64,000 nt of DNA, from contig CAVYZN010000017.1 of assembly GCA_963773065.1 (NCBI GenBank), positions 96,001-160,000 of the forward strand. The letters run 5' to 3'. Shown here piece after piece: positions 1-10,687 of this stretch. The notes under the pieces are model-generated. The model worked only from the letters and a program-made list of their open reading frames with translations, was not told the DNA's origin and ran no database searches. Numbering within the stretch: position 1 is the stretch's first letter; each line of letters begins with the position of its first letter. A program made the translations under genes and the position numbers. The DNA is from an uncultured Gammaproteobacteria bacterium (GTDB lineage: Bacteria; Pseudomonadota; Gammaproteobacteria; UBA9214).

Positions 1-383
1 TACCCAACGCCTGGCGGCCATGTGCGCGCGTCTGCGCGCGCCCACTGCCTACCGGGAACTGGCCGGCTTTGGCTTTGCGGCAGCGCGGGCGCGTCCACGC
101 GGCTGACACCCTGCCGGCGCCGGATTTGCTCGACCTGCTCGATGCCCTGGATGCCTTCCGGCGCCCCGAACGCTTCGAGGATCTCCTGCGGGTCTGCCGT
201 GCCGACGCCCGCCTGCCGGATGAGGCCGATGCCTATCCCCCCGCCGCCTTGCTGCGGGCCGCCAGAGGAGTCGCCGCCGCGGTTGACGTCGCCGACCTCG
301 TGGCGGCCGGAGCGGACGGCGAGATGATTGCCCGCCGCTTGCGAGAGCGCCGGATACTGGCGATTCAGGAGATGGGGGGCTGA
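1..383 (+). CDS. cca: CCA tRNA nucleotidyltransferase, C-terminal part (5' end outside window)
   Basis: LDAFRRPERF...CRADAR...G.MIARRLRERRILAI is typical of the multifunctional CCA C-terminus; folK/folB lie nearby. Confidence 0.8.
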   Translation, partial: PNAWRPCARVCARPLPTGNWPALALRQRGRVHAADTLPAPDLLDLLDALDAFRRPERFEDLLRVCRADARLPDEADAYPPAALLRAARGVAAAVDVADLVAAGADGEMIARRLRERRILAIQEMGG

Positions 384-686
384 TACAACCCAAGAGCGTG
401 CATCAGGTGCTGCTTTATGACCGCTGGCCCTGGCCGGGATAGGATATTCGGGGGGCCTCCGCAAGGCCGGGATACGCCGGCGGCTGGTGATCGGCGAAAG
501 CCCAGGGGTCGAGCGAAATCCCGGCAATCAGGGTATGATCCCCGCGGGAGTGGACAGCGCCGCGCCGGGCGCACATCGAAGTCATCGGGAATTGCACATC
601 CCCGGCGTCGGCGGCGGCCTGATTCTCCCCCACCGGGATAGATTTCAACATTTCATCTGAGCACATTGATAGGAGTTACGCCTTAA

Positions 687-3477
687 ATGGAAGCACAAAA
701 CCAAATTCAAGCAGTATGTTTATTCCTTCCAGGAAGGAGACGGACACAACAAGAAGCTGCTCGGGGGCAAGGGTGCCAACCTGTGCGAAATGACCCAGAT
801 CGGCTTAAATGTACCGCCTGGTTTCGTCATCAGCACCGAGGCCTGCCTGGCATACCTGGACTCATCGGACCACAGCCCGCCGGACGGGCTGGACGATCAG
901 GTGCAGCAGCAGATCAGAGACCTGGAGCAGGCGACCGGCAAGGGCTTCGGCGACCCGAAGGACCCGCTGCTGGTTTCGGTGCGCTCGGGTTCGGCGATGT
1001 CCATGCCCGGCATGATGGACACTATCCTCAATCTGGGCCTCAATTCCGAAACCCTCGCCGGCCTGATCCGGCAGACGGGCAACCAGCGCTTCGGTTATGA
1101 CGCCTACCGCCGTTTCATCCAGCTCTTCGGCAAGGTGGCGCTGGGCATCGCCGACGAGAAATTCGACGAACCCTTCGATGAAATCAAGAAACGCGAGGGC
1201 GTGAAGGCCGACATCGGCCTGTCCGCCGATCACCTGCGGGAAATCAGCGATGTCTTCCTGGAGGTGGTACGCCATGAAACCGGCCGGCCCTTCCCCAGCA
1301 ACGTCTATGAACAGTTGGAGATCGCCATCAAGGCGGTGTTCAACTCCTGGCTGGGCAAGCGCGCCATCGACTACCGGCGTGAATTCCACATCACCCCGGA
1401 CATGGCCAACGGCACGGCCGTCAACGTCTGCACCATGGTGTTCGGCAACATGGGCAGCAGCAGCGCCACCGGCGTCGGCTTCACCCGCAACCCGGGGACC
1501 GGCGAGAACGTCATGTACGGTGAATACCTGGTCAATGCCCAGGGCGAGGACGTGGTGGCCGGCATCCGCACGCCCAAGCCGGTGCAGGAGATGGAGTACG
1601 AGATGCCGGAGATGTACACCCAGCTCGTCGACCTGCGCAACCGACTGGAGAACCATTACCGCGAGGTGCAGGATTATGAGTACACCATCGAGAACGGCAC
1701 CCTGTACTGCCTGCAAACCCGCAACGGCAAGATGAATGCCGCCGCCCGGGTCCGCACCTCGGTGGAAATGGTCAAAGAAGGTCTGATCGACCGCGATCAG
1801 GCGCTGCTGCGTGTGAATCCGGAGGAACTCGAACAACTGCTGCATCCGCGCCTCAACCCGAAACACACGATCAATGCGGTGGCGCAGGGACTGCCCGCCT
1901 CGCCCGGAGCCGCCTCCGGCGCCGTGGTGTTCGATGCCGACCGGGCGGAACTGTTGGGCCGCTCGGGCGAGAAGGTTATCCTGGTGCGCGAGGAAACCAA
2001 GCCCGAGGACATCCACGGCTTTTTCGCCGCGCAGGGCATCCTGACCAGCCGCGGCGGCAAGACCTCGCATGCGGCCGTCGTGGCGCGCGGCATGGGCAAG
2101 CCCTGCGTCGCCGGCGCCGAAGGCATCAAGGTGGACGTGCGCAGCCGCGTGGCGCATGTCGGCGAGAAGATCCTGCACGAAGGGGACATCATCACCATCG
2201 ACGGCGGCAGCGGCAATGTCTATCTCGGAGAGATCCCCACCGTCGCGCCCGAGTTTTCCCAGGAGCTGCACATCCTGCTGGAATGGGCCGACTCGGTGGC
2301 GCGCCTGAAGGTGATGACCAATGCCGACACCGCCGCCGCTGCCCAGCAGGCGCGCGAATACGGCGCCATGGGCATCGGCCTGTGCCGCACCGAACGCATG
2401 TTCAACGCCGCCGACCGCCTGCCGGTCGTGGTCGACATGATCCTGGCGAACACCACGGAGGAACGGCAGGCGGCGCTCGACCGGCTGCTGCCGATCCAGC
2501 GCAGTGATTTCAAGGAATTGCTCAAGGTCATGGCGCCGCGCCCGGTCACCATCCGCCTGCTCGATCCGCCGATCCACGAATTCCTTCCCAGTGAAAAACA
2601 ATTGGAGCAGGAACTCGATCACCTGCAGCAACTGCGCAAGACCGTGGAAGGCGTTACCGATCTGGTCGGCGCGATGCGCCTGATGCAAACCCAGACCCGT
2701 GGCACCCCTCCCATGCCGATACCCTTTGGCGAAGGCGGGACCGAACTGGTGAATGCCGCCATCGCCAAGAAACAACTGATGCTCAATAAGGTACGGGAAC
2801 TGTTCGAAATCAATCCCATGCTCGGCCATCGCGGCGTGCGCCTCGGCCTGACCTACCCGGAAATCTACGCCACGCAGATCCGCGCCGTACTCGAGGCGGT
2901 GGCCGAGTGCGCCAAGGACGGCATCGTCGTCGACGCCGAAATCATGGTGCCGCAGGTATGCACGTCGGAAGAGTTGCTGCGCGTCAAGCTGATCGTCGAC
3001 AAGGTCAAACGGCAGGTGGAGACCGAGTACGGGACGCCCGTGCAGTTCAAGTTCGGCACCATGATCGAAGTGGTCAGGGCGTGCATGCGCGCCCGGCGTC
3101 TGGCGGAAGTCGCGGAATTCTTCTCGTTCGGCACCAACGACCTCACCCAGGCCAGTTTCTCCTTCTCCCGGGAAGACGCGGAGAACAAGTTCCTGCCCTT
3201 CTATAACGAGTCCGGCATCCTGCAGGACAACCCGTTCGAGGTGCTGGACGTGAACGGGGTCGGTCAGTTGATGCGCATCACCGTGGAATGGGGCCGCAAG
3301 CAGCGGCCGGATCTGAAGGTGGGCATCTGCGGCGAGCAGGGCGGACACCCCTCCTCCATTCGTTTCTGTCACCACATCGGTCTCAATTACGTATCCTGCT
3401 CGCCGCCGCGGGTACCGGTAGCGCGTCTGGCGGCGGCCCACGCCGCGCTGACGGAAGACAGCTACCGCATCGACTGA
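687..3477 (+). CDS. ppdK: Pyruvate, phosphate dikinase (probable indel just after ATG 687; the ORF track starts at 790)
   Basis: LLGGKGANLCEM upstream of and in frame with 790; LLVSVRSG, GGKTSHAAVVAR phospho-His motif, GLCRTERM, FSFGTNDLTQ, GICGEQGG. Confidence 0.96.
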
Positions 3478-3535
3478 GTCGTGGTGCCGATATTATTAAC
3501 CAATTGAAATATAATTTATTAACTACACTAAATGT

Positions 3536-3561
3536 GGCCTGCCCTAAGAACAGGGCAGGCC
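3536..3561. terminator. Hairpin between convergent genes, possible terminator
   Basis: GGCCTGCCCT-aagaac-AGGGCAGGCC, a perfect 10-bp stem. Confidence 0.5.
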
Positions 3562-3685
3562 TTGATTTCAGGTAACCGGCCGGGTAGTGGCGCCTATGCC
3601 ACCACCTGGAAACACAGTTTCCGGGTGAGGGCATGAAAAATTATTCATGGCTGGGGCGCCGCCTGCCCAGATCCCGCCGGTGTTA

Positions 3686-4855
3686 TCAGAGACGGTAACG
3701 GAAATCGTGAGCGCGAAAACCGGCCACGGGTCCCTCGATGCCGCGCGCCAACCCCATGCACTTGAAGCGTTCACCCATCTCGCCGGGCAGTATCAGAGTC
3801 TTGGCCTGCCGGGCCTGCCGCAGATAGGCGGCCGAGTCGGTTGCCGGTATTGACTGCAACAGCTTGTCCAGGCCGCAGTCGAGCAGGAAATAGGCCTGGT
3901 TGGTGTAGCCGATCACGTCCAGTTCCGCCGCGACGCCCGCCTCGGCGACCGCGGTGAAATCCACATGTGCCGTGATGTCCTGCAATCCCGGCCACAGGAA
4001 CGGGTCGTCATGCGCGCGATGCCGGTAATAGCACAGCAGCGTTCCCGCCCGGCGCTGCGCATGGTAGTACTCGTGGCGCGGGTAGCCATAATCAACCAGC
4101 AGCAACAGGCCCCGGTCCAGCATCCCGGCAATGCCGCGCACCCAGGGCGCCAGCAGCAGGTTGATTTCAGAGACATACCCGGGAGCCAGGCCGGGGGTTT
4201 CGTCCAGCAGGCGCACCGCCGCGACCAGGTCAGGGTCGTGCGCCTCCCGGACACACCAGCCAAAGCCATCCCCGGTGCATTCGACATGAAACCGTTCAAT
4301 GCCGTCGCCGTTCCAGCGGAAGCGTTCCACCGGCATGGCATCCAGCACCTCGTTGGCCAGCAGCACGCCACGAAAGCCGGCTTCGGGCAGCGCATCGAGC
4401 CAGTCGACACGATCGCGCAGCGACGGCGCCGCAAGGCGCAGGGTTTCCCGCTGCCGGGCGCGCAATTCGGCGCTTGGCTCGAGGATCCGGTAGCGCGCCG
4501 GCAACCGGCCGAGCCGTTCCAGTTCCGCCAGCAGCGTCGCGGCCAGTTTGCCGGTGCCGGCGCCGAATTCCAGGATGTCTCCCCCGCCCAGTTCCGCCAG
4601 CACGCCGCTGCAGGTCTGCGCCAGGCAGCGTCCGAACAGCGTCGAGATCTCGGGTGCCGTGACGAAATCACCCGCGGCACCGAATTTCTGCGAACCGGCG
4701 CTGTAATAACCGCGTCCGGGACTGTAGAGGCACAGTTCCATGTAACGGGAAAACGGGATGGAGCCCCCGCCGGCCTGGATCTCCCGGCGGATCAGGGCCG
4801 CGAGTTGTTCGCTGTGGGCCTGCGCTGCGGCCGAGGGTGCGGGTAATGCCAGCAT
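3686..4855 (-). CDS. SAM-dependent methyltransferase, MidA/NDUFAF7 (DUF185) family
   Basis: GYY...GDFVTAPEIS, LEFGAGTG, ANEVLDAMPV, DYGY, QDITAHVDF, GEMGERFK. Confidence 0.9.
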   Translation of the reverse strand: MLALPAPSAAAQAHSEQLAALIRREIQAGGGSIPFSRYMELCLYSPGRGYYSAGSQKFGAAGDFVTAPEISTLFGRCLAQTCSGVLAELGGGDILEFGAGTGKLAATLLAELERLGRLPARYRILEPSAELRARQRETLRLAAPSLRDRVDWLDALPEAGFRGVLLANEVLDAMPVERFRWNGDGIERFHVECTGDGFGWCVREAHDPDLVAAVRLLDETPGLAPGYVSEINLLLAPWVRGIAGMLDRGLLLLVDYGYPRHEYYHAQRRAGTLLCYYRHRAHDDPFLWPGLQDITAHVDFTAVAEAGVAAELDVIGYTNQAYFLLDCGLDKLLQSIPATDSAAYLRQARQAKTLILPGEMGERFKCMGLARGIEGPVAGFRAHDFRYRL

Positions 4856-4956
4856 GCCGGGATTAAACCACAGGACGACCCGGGCACGGCAGCGGCTTCT
4901 GAGTTTAGGGGAACCGAGGCGCAGCCGGATGCCGTGTACTCTGCCTGTAATAAACT

Positions 4957-5454
4957 TCAGGGCGCCGATGCAGGCGGCCAGTCAATACGCGATAAAGTCC
5001 GGCCCGCCTCGTCAAATTCGGACCACAGGTCGGCAAAGCGTCTGCCGGTGACGGGGTGGCGCAGCGAACCGGCGATCTCGGCAAGGGGCGCCAGCACGAA
5101 GGCATAGCGGGTGATATCCGCGCGCGGCAAGGTCATGCCGTCAGCCTCGGTGACCAGATCGCCGTAGAGCAGGAGATCGAGATCCAGCGTGCGGGCGGAC
5201 AGGCTGGCGGTGCGTATCCGGCCGCAGGTCGCTTCGATGCGATGCAGCACGTCCTGGATGGCCCGCGGGGTTTCTTCGGTGTCGAATCCCACAACCAGGT
5301 TGTAGAAGGGGGAGCTGTCAAAACCGACCGCCGCACTTTCATATACCGAGGATTGTGCGAGCGGGCCAAAGGATTCGGCCAGCCGGCGCAGTGCCGCCGC
5401 GATGTTTCGTTCACGATCTATATTGCTGCCCACGCTGACATACACGCGCACCAT
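4957..5454 (-). CDS. folK: 2-amino-4-hydroxy-6-hydroxymethyldihydropteridine diphosphokinase
   Basis: VSVGSNI, FYNLV, RTLDLDLLLY, RYAFVLAPLAEI; follows folB. Confidence 0.93.
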   Translation of the reverse strand: MVRVYVSVGSNIDRERNIAAALRRLAESFGPLAQSSVYESAAVGFDSSPFYNLVVGFDTEETPRAIQDVLHRIEATCGRIRTASLSARTLDLDLLLYGDLVTEADGMTLPRADITRYAFVLAPLAEIAGSLRHPVTGRRFADLWSEFDEAGRTLSRIDWPPASAP

Positions 5455-5817
5455 TCAAGCAGGCTCCCGTGCGCTCCGCTCGATCATGACCCCGACATCG
5501 CGCGAACCCCGCACGGCGCCGGGTTTGCGCAGCTTGAGCCGCAGCCAGGGCACGTTGAATTCATCGAGCACGATCGCGGCGATGCTCTCGGCCAGCGTTT
5601 CCACCAGTTGGAACTCGCTCGTACCGACAAAATCGATGAGGCGCTTGGCGACGGCCTTGTAATTGAGCGTGTCGTCAATGCTGTCCGTGGCGGCCGCCTT
5701 GCGGATATCCGCCGCCATCTCCAGATCGAGACTGACCGTTTGCCTGACCACCCGCTCCCAGTCATAGATTCCGATGATGGTCTCTATCCGCAAGTCACTG
5801 ATGAAGATAATGTCCAT
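5455..5817 (-). CDS. folB: Dihydroneopterin aldolase
   Basis: MDIIFISDLRIETIIGIYDWER, LNYKAV, LVETLAE, KPGA. Confidence 0.95.
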   Translation of the reverse strand: MDIIFISDLRIETIIGIYDWERVVRQTVSLDLEMAADIRKAAATDSIDDTLNYKAVAKRLIDFVGTSEFQLVETLAESIAAIVLDEFNVPWLRLKLRKPGAVRGSRDVGVMIERSAREPA

Positions 5818-5933
5818 GTTACTCCCACGCCGTTGTCCGTGCGGCCAATATAGGTTCTTGCCGTCCCGTTTGCCAGTCGCGGCACGAAACAAACGACCGG
5901 CGCCGCTTGACGGCGCGCGGCTTAGCGATTCCA

Positions 5934-6560
5934 ATGCGCCCTATGATCATTGATTTCCTCTTGGTACTGGGCGGTTATCTGTTCGGCTCGATCTCCACCG
6001 CCATCGTCACCTGCCGTCTCATGGGGCTGCCGGACCCGCGCACCGAGGGTTCATACAATCCCGGCGCGACCAATGTCCTGCGGCTGGGTGGAAAAAAGGC
6101 GGCGTTTCTCACCCTGACGGGCGATATGCTCAAGGGCCTGATACCGGTGTTGATTGCCCAGGCCCTGCATGCCGGCCCGATCGTCCAGGCCGCCACGGCG
6201 CTGGCCGCCTTTCTTGGCCATCTCTACCCGGTGTTTTTCAGTTTCCAGGGCGGCAAGGGTGTCGCCACCGCGCTGGGTGTGGCCTTTGGCCTGTACTGGC
6301 CGGTCGGTCTGAGCGTCGCCGGCATCTGGCTGCTGATGGCCTTCCTGTTTCGCATTTCCTCGCTATCCGCCTTGACGGCCATGTTGCTGGCGCCGGCCTG
6401 TTTCTGGTGGTTCAAACCCGAACCGGCGTTTATCGGCGTCATGATCGTCATCACCCTCATGCTGTTCTGGCGGCACCGGACCAATATCCGCGATCTCCTC
6501 AATGGCACCGAGGGCAGGATCGAGTTGCACTCCAGCCGGAACAAGGGAAATACCGACTGA
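5934..6560 (+). CDS. plsY: Glycerol-3-phosphate acyltransferase PlsY
   Basis: GS.NPGATNVLR, GHLYPVF, GGKGVAT, HRTNI; start uncertain (5934 or 5943). Confidence 0.94.
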   Translation: MRPMIIDFLLVLGGYLFGSISTAIVTCRLMGLPDPRTEGSYNPGATNVLRLGGKKAAFLTLTGDMLKGLIPVLIAQALHAGPIVQAATALAAFLGHLYPVFFSFQGGKGVATALGVAFGLYWPVGLSVAGIWLLMAFLFRISSLSALTAMLLAPACFWWFKPEPAFIGVMIVITLMLFWRHRTNIRDLLNGTEGRIELHSSRNKGNTD

Positions 6561-6625
6561 AACGGGAAAGCGACATCCCGAGACCCATACGGTACAACCG
6601 GCCGCAAATCCACTGGGATGGCCGG

Positions 6626-7639
6626 CTACACGGCTGCCAGTTCTTCCAGGGACCAGCGTGGCAACACCGTGACGGAAAGCGCTTGCGTCTGACCGGCCTT
6701 AAGCCGCCAGTAACCCGCGCAGGCGATCATGGCGCCGTTATCGGTGCAAAACTCCGGCCGCGGAAAGAAGACGCGCCCGCCTTCCCGCGCCATGAGGCCG
6801 GAAAGCCGCTCGCGCAGGCGCTGATTGGCGCCCACGCCACCCGCCACCACCAGGCGCTTGACTCCGGCCTCGGTAACGGCGCGGCGACACTTGATCATCA
6901 GGGTATCGACCACGGCCTCTTCAAATGCACGGGCGATATCCGCCCGGTCCTGCTCGCTCTGCGGGCAGTGACGCCAGGTGTTCAGGGCGAAGGTCTTGAG
7001 CCCGCTGAAGCTGAAATCCAGTCCCGGACGATCGGTCATGGGACGCGGGAAAATAAACCGCGCCGGGTCTCCCTCCCGCGCCAATTCGGCGAGTGCCGGC
7101 CCGCCCGGATACGGCAGTCCAAGCAGCTTGGCCGTCTTGTCGAAGGCCTCGCCGACGGCATCATCGATGGAGTCTCCCAGAATCCGGTAGCGACCCACTC
7201 CGCCGACTTCGACCAGCAGGCTGTGGCCACCGGACACCAGCAGCGCGATGAAGGGAAATTCGGGCGACTCCGCCTCCAGCATCGGTGCCAGCAAGTGACC
7301 CTCCATGTGATGAATGGCGATGGCGGGTACGCTCCATGCCCAGGCCAGGCTGCGCCCGGTCAGCGCGCCTACCAGCAGGGCCCCGACCAGTCCCGGGCCG
7401 GCAGTATACGCCACGCCGTCCACCCGTCCAGGGGAAATGCCGCTATCTTTCAGAACCTTATGCACCAGCGGCAAGAGCTTGCGGACGTGGTCCCGGGAGG
7501 CCAGTTCCGGCACCACACCCCCGTAACGGGCATGGAGAGCGACCTGGCTGTACAGGGCATGGGCCAGCAGCCCGTCATCGCCGTCATACACCGCCACGCC
7601 GGTTTCGTCACACGAGGTTTCTATGCCCAACACACGCAT
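6626..7639 (-). CDS. tsaD: tRNA t6A37 threonylcarbamoyltransferase TsaD
   Basis: [44 protein letters not shown]. Confidence 0.97.
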   Translation of the reverse strand: MRVLGIETSCDETGVAVYDGDDGLLAHALYSQVALHARYGGVVPELASRDHVRKLLPLVHKVLKDSGISPGRVDGVAYTAGPGLVGALLVGALTGRSLAWAWSVPAIAIHHMEGHLLAPMLEAESPEFPFIALLVSGGHSLLVEVGGVGRYRILGDSIDDAVGEAFDKTAKLLGLPYPGGPALAELAREGDPARFIFPRPMTDRPGLDFSFSGLKTFALNTWRHCPQSEQDRADIARAFEEAVVDTLMIKCRRAVTEAGVKRLVVAGGVGANQRLRERLSGLMAREGGRVFFPRPEFCTDNGAMIACAGYWRLKAGQTQALSVTVLPRWSLEELAAV

Positions 7640-7753
7640 GTTGGGATTATCTACGCCAGTTCTTGTTACACAAGGAAATTTTGCCTTTTCGCCGTGACCT
7701 GTATAAAATGCGCAGCCCTCACTCACTGAGCTGGACAACCCTCTGGATCCTGT

Positions 7754-7969
7754 ATGCCTAATGTACGTGTAAAAGATAACGAACCGTTCGAGATCGCCAT
7801 GCGCCGCTTCAAGCGTGCCTGCGAAAAGGCCGGCATTCTTGCCGAAGTGCGCCGTCGCGAGTTTTACGAAAAACCCACCCAGGAGCGCAAACGCAAGCAG
7901 GCCGCTGCCGTCAAGCGCACCCAAAAAAAGGTCTCGCGCGAACTCGCGCGCCGCGTACGCCTCTACTGA
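7754..7969 (+). CDS. rpsU: 30S ribosomal protein S21
   Basis: [26 protein letters not shown]. Confidence 0.98.
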   Translation: MPNVRVKDNEPFEIAMRRFKRACEKAGILAEVRRREFYEKPTQERKRKQAAAVKRTQKKVSRELARRVRLY

Positions 7970-7991
7970 GTCCCGGAATCATCCCTTCGCC

Positions 7992-8435
7992 GTGTCCCTC
8001 AAGGAGCGCATTCAGCAGGACATGAAAGACGCCATGCGCGCCGGTAACAAGCCGCGGCTGGCGGCCATCCGCCTGATCCTGGCCTCGATCAAACAGAAAG
8101 AGGTCGATGAGCGCAAGGATCTCGACGATGCCGAAATCACGGCCGTGCTCGACAGGATGGTCAAGCAGCGGCGCGAATCCATCAGCCATTTCGAAAAGGC
8201 CGGCCGCAACGACCTGGTCGAACAGGAATCGGCCGAACTGGCCATCATCCGGGAATATCTTCCGGAACAACTCAGTCAGGACCAGTTGCATGCCCTGATC
8301 GATGACGCCATGGCACAGACCGGTGCATCATCCATCAAGGACATGGGCAAGGTGATGGGCCATCTGAAACCCAAACTGCAAGGCCGCGCGGACATGGGCA
8401 CCGTCAGCGCCCTGATCAAGGCCCGACTGGGCTGA
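7992..8435 (+). CDS. GatB/YqeY domain protein
   Basis: SLKERIQQDMKDAMRA, KQRRESI, DMGKVMG, GRADM; GTG start; conserved position between rpsU and dnaG. Confidence 0.92.
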   Translation: MSLKERIQQDMKDAMRAGNKPRLAAIRLILASIKQKEVDERKDLDDAEITAVLDRMVKQRRESISHFEKAGRNDLVEQESAELAIIREYLPEQLSQDQLHALIDDAMAQTGASSIKDMGKVMGHLKPKLQGRADMGTVSALIKARLG

Positions 8436-8784
8436 CCCTCCTACCGGCAGCGCGGTCGACAACCGTTTCCAAGCGAAAATACCGCCTGATTTGCCCGGGC
8501 CGATGAGGCATGGCGGATCACAGTTGTCCCGGGTGTGATGCGGGGAAAAAAATGGCGGCTGTAAGCCGCCGGATAGGAAAATGTCACGATGAAAAAACCC
8601 TTGGGGTATCTAAGATGCACTTAACAATTAGGGTAAGTACTTAACCGATCACCTGGCCATGTGGACTACAGGAAGACCGAGGCAAGGCCGCAATAAACAC
8701 GTTCCAGCCGGGTAACGGCGAATCAGCATTGCCCATAGTTACCGGCGCTTTCCTTCAGGCCCCAACCCTTTTACCCTTATTCAC

Positions 8785-10560
8785 ATGGCCGGCCGTATTC
8801 CCCACGCGTTCATCGATGAGCTGCTGACGCACACCGATATCGTCGACGTTATCGATTCCCGCGTGCCACTTAAAAAGGCCGGACGGGAGTACAAGGCCTG
8901 CTGTCCGTTCCATAATGAAAAAACACCTTCATTTACCGTCAGCCAAGTGAAACAGTTCTATCATTGCTTCGGTTGCGGCGCCCACGGTAGCGCCATCAGC
9001 TTCCTGATGGAATACGAACATATGGAGTTCGTGGAGGCCGTCGAGGAACTCGCCCATAGTGCCGGTCTGGAAGTTCCGCGCGAGGCGGCGTCCGGGACGG
9101 CATCGCACGAGTCCAGCCAGCCCCTGTATGCCCTGCTCGAGGAAGTCTCGCATTATTACCGGCAGCAACTGCGCACCCACCCGCAGGCAGCCCGCGCGGT
9201 TGAGTATCTCAAGCGGCGCGGATTGACCGGCGACATCGCCGCGCGTTTCGACATCGGCTTCGCTCCGCCCGGATGGGACAATCTGGCCAGGGCGCTGGGC
9301 AAGGACACGTCATCACGCGCGGCATTGCTCGAAACCGGGTTGCTCATCGAACGCAACGACGGCAGCGGGGGCTACGACCGTTTTCGCGACCGGATCCAAT
9401 TCCCCATTCGCGATCGGCGTGGCCGCACCGTCGGTTTTGGGGGACGGGTCCTCGGTGACGACACTCCCAAATACCTCAATAGCCCCGAATCCTTGGTCTT
9501 CCACAAGGGCCGCGAACTATATGGACTGTATGAGGCACGCAAGGCCTTGCGCCATTTGGAACGCATCCTGGTGGTGGAAGGCTATATGGACGTGTTGGCA
9601 CTGGCCCAGTTCGACATCAACTATGCCGTTGCCACCCTCGGAACGGCCACCACACCCGACCATCTGGAACGCCTGTACCGCACGGTGCCCGAAGTGGTGT
9701 TCTGCTTCGATGGCGACCGTGCCGGGCGCGCCGCGGCCTGGCGGGCACTGGAAATCGCCCTCCCCGTTCTGACCGACGGACGTGAAGCCCGATTCCTGTT
9801 CCTGCCGGAAGGAGAGGACCCGGATACCCTGGTACGCAAGATCGGCAAGCATGAATTTGAACAAGGCATCATGAATTCCGTTCACTTGTCCGATTTTCTT
9901 TTCGACCACCTCTCCAGCCAGGTCGATACGGCCAGCATCGATGGCCGGGCGCGGCTGGTGGACCTGGCCCGGCCACTCTTGTCCAGGCTTCCGGAGAGCA
10001 TCTTCCGCCAGCTCATGCTGGAACGATTAGCGCAAATTGCACGCACCGACAGCATCCGCCTGGCTGGTCGTCTAGACAAACCAGCCGAATACAGGGCCGG
10101 CGCGGGGACAGCGACCGCCGTGTCCGCGCACACCACCGGCGAAGGCAAATCGCCGGTCCGGGAAGCGATAGCCATGTTGCTGCACCAGCCGGACCTGGCA
10201 CTGAAAATCGAATCGCCACCGATCCAGGAACCCGATACCGTCCCGGGTGTCTCACTGTTGCTTGAGTTGCTGGAATTGCTGCAGCGGCAACCGGGACTGA
10301 ATACCGGAGCGGTACTGGAACACTGGCGCGGGCGCGAGGAGTCACGCTACCTGCACAAGCTGGCCCAATGGACGCCATTGACTGAGAATCTTGACCTGGC
10401 GGCGGAAGTGCGCGGCAATCTGACCCGGATAACACACCGGATAACCGACATACGGATCGGCGAATTATTGGATGCCGAACGCCATAGAGCGTTAAATGAA
10501 GTGGAAAAACAGGAACTTAAATCATTATTTCAATCGCGCCAGCCCGGCGACTGGCGGTAA
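8785..10560 (+). CDS. dnaG: DNA primase
   Basis: CPFHNEKTPSF zinc finger, KYLNSPE, EGYMDV, FDGDRAG, DPD. Confidence 0.98.
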   Translation: MAGRIPHAFIDELLTHTDIVDVIDSRVPLKKAGREYKACCPFHNEKTPSFTVSQVKQFYHCFGCGAHGSAISFLMEYEHMEFVEAVEELAHSAGLEVPREAASGTASHESSQPLYALLEEVSHYYRQQLRTHPQAARAVEYLKRRGLTGDIAARFDIGFAPPGWDNLARALGKDTSSRAALLETGLLIERNDGSGGYDRFRDRIQFPIRDRRGRTVGFGGRVLGDDTPKYLNSPESLVFHKGRELYGLYEARKALRHLERILVVEGYMDVLALAQFDINYAVATLGTATTPDHLERLYRTVPEVVFCFDGDRAGRAAAWRALEIALPVLTDGREARFLFLPEGEDPDTLVRKIGKHEFEQGIMNSVHLSDFLFDHLSSQVDTASIDGRARLVDLARPLLSRLPESIFRQLMLERLAQIARTDSIRLAGRLDKPAEYRAGAGTATAVSAHTTGEGKSPVREAIAMLLHQPDLALKIESPPIQEPDTVPGVSLLLELLELLQRQPGLNTGAVLEHWRGREESRYLHKLAQWTPLTENLDLAAEVRGNLTRITHRITDIRIGELLDAERHRALNEVEKQELKSLFQSRQPGDWR

Positions 10561-10687
10561 TCTCACGGGTGTGCAAGGGCTTGTTTTTCTCTTGGCCGAC
10601 TATCATTTATTAATTATACTGCGCGATTGATTTGACCCCCTTTATCGGTTCCTAATGACGGCAGCGCGCATGCCGCTACATGTGGCT

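Noticed and set aside
862-3441. Long antisense ORFs (also 30692-32152, 50101-51342, 55034-56017, 57788-59083)
   Set aside because: They are shadow frames of well-supported genes caused by high GC codon bias.
8436-8784. ncRNA or riboswitch in the yqeY-dnaG gap
   Set aside because: Only a short palindrome (TAAGTACTTA) and AT-rich promoter-like sequence; no recognisable RNA motif.
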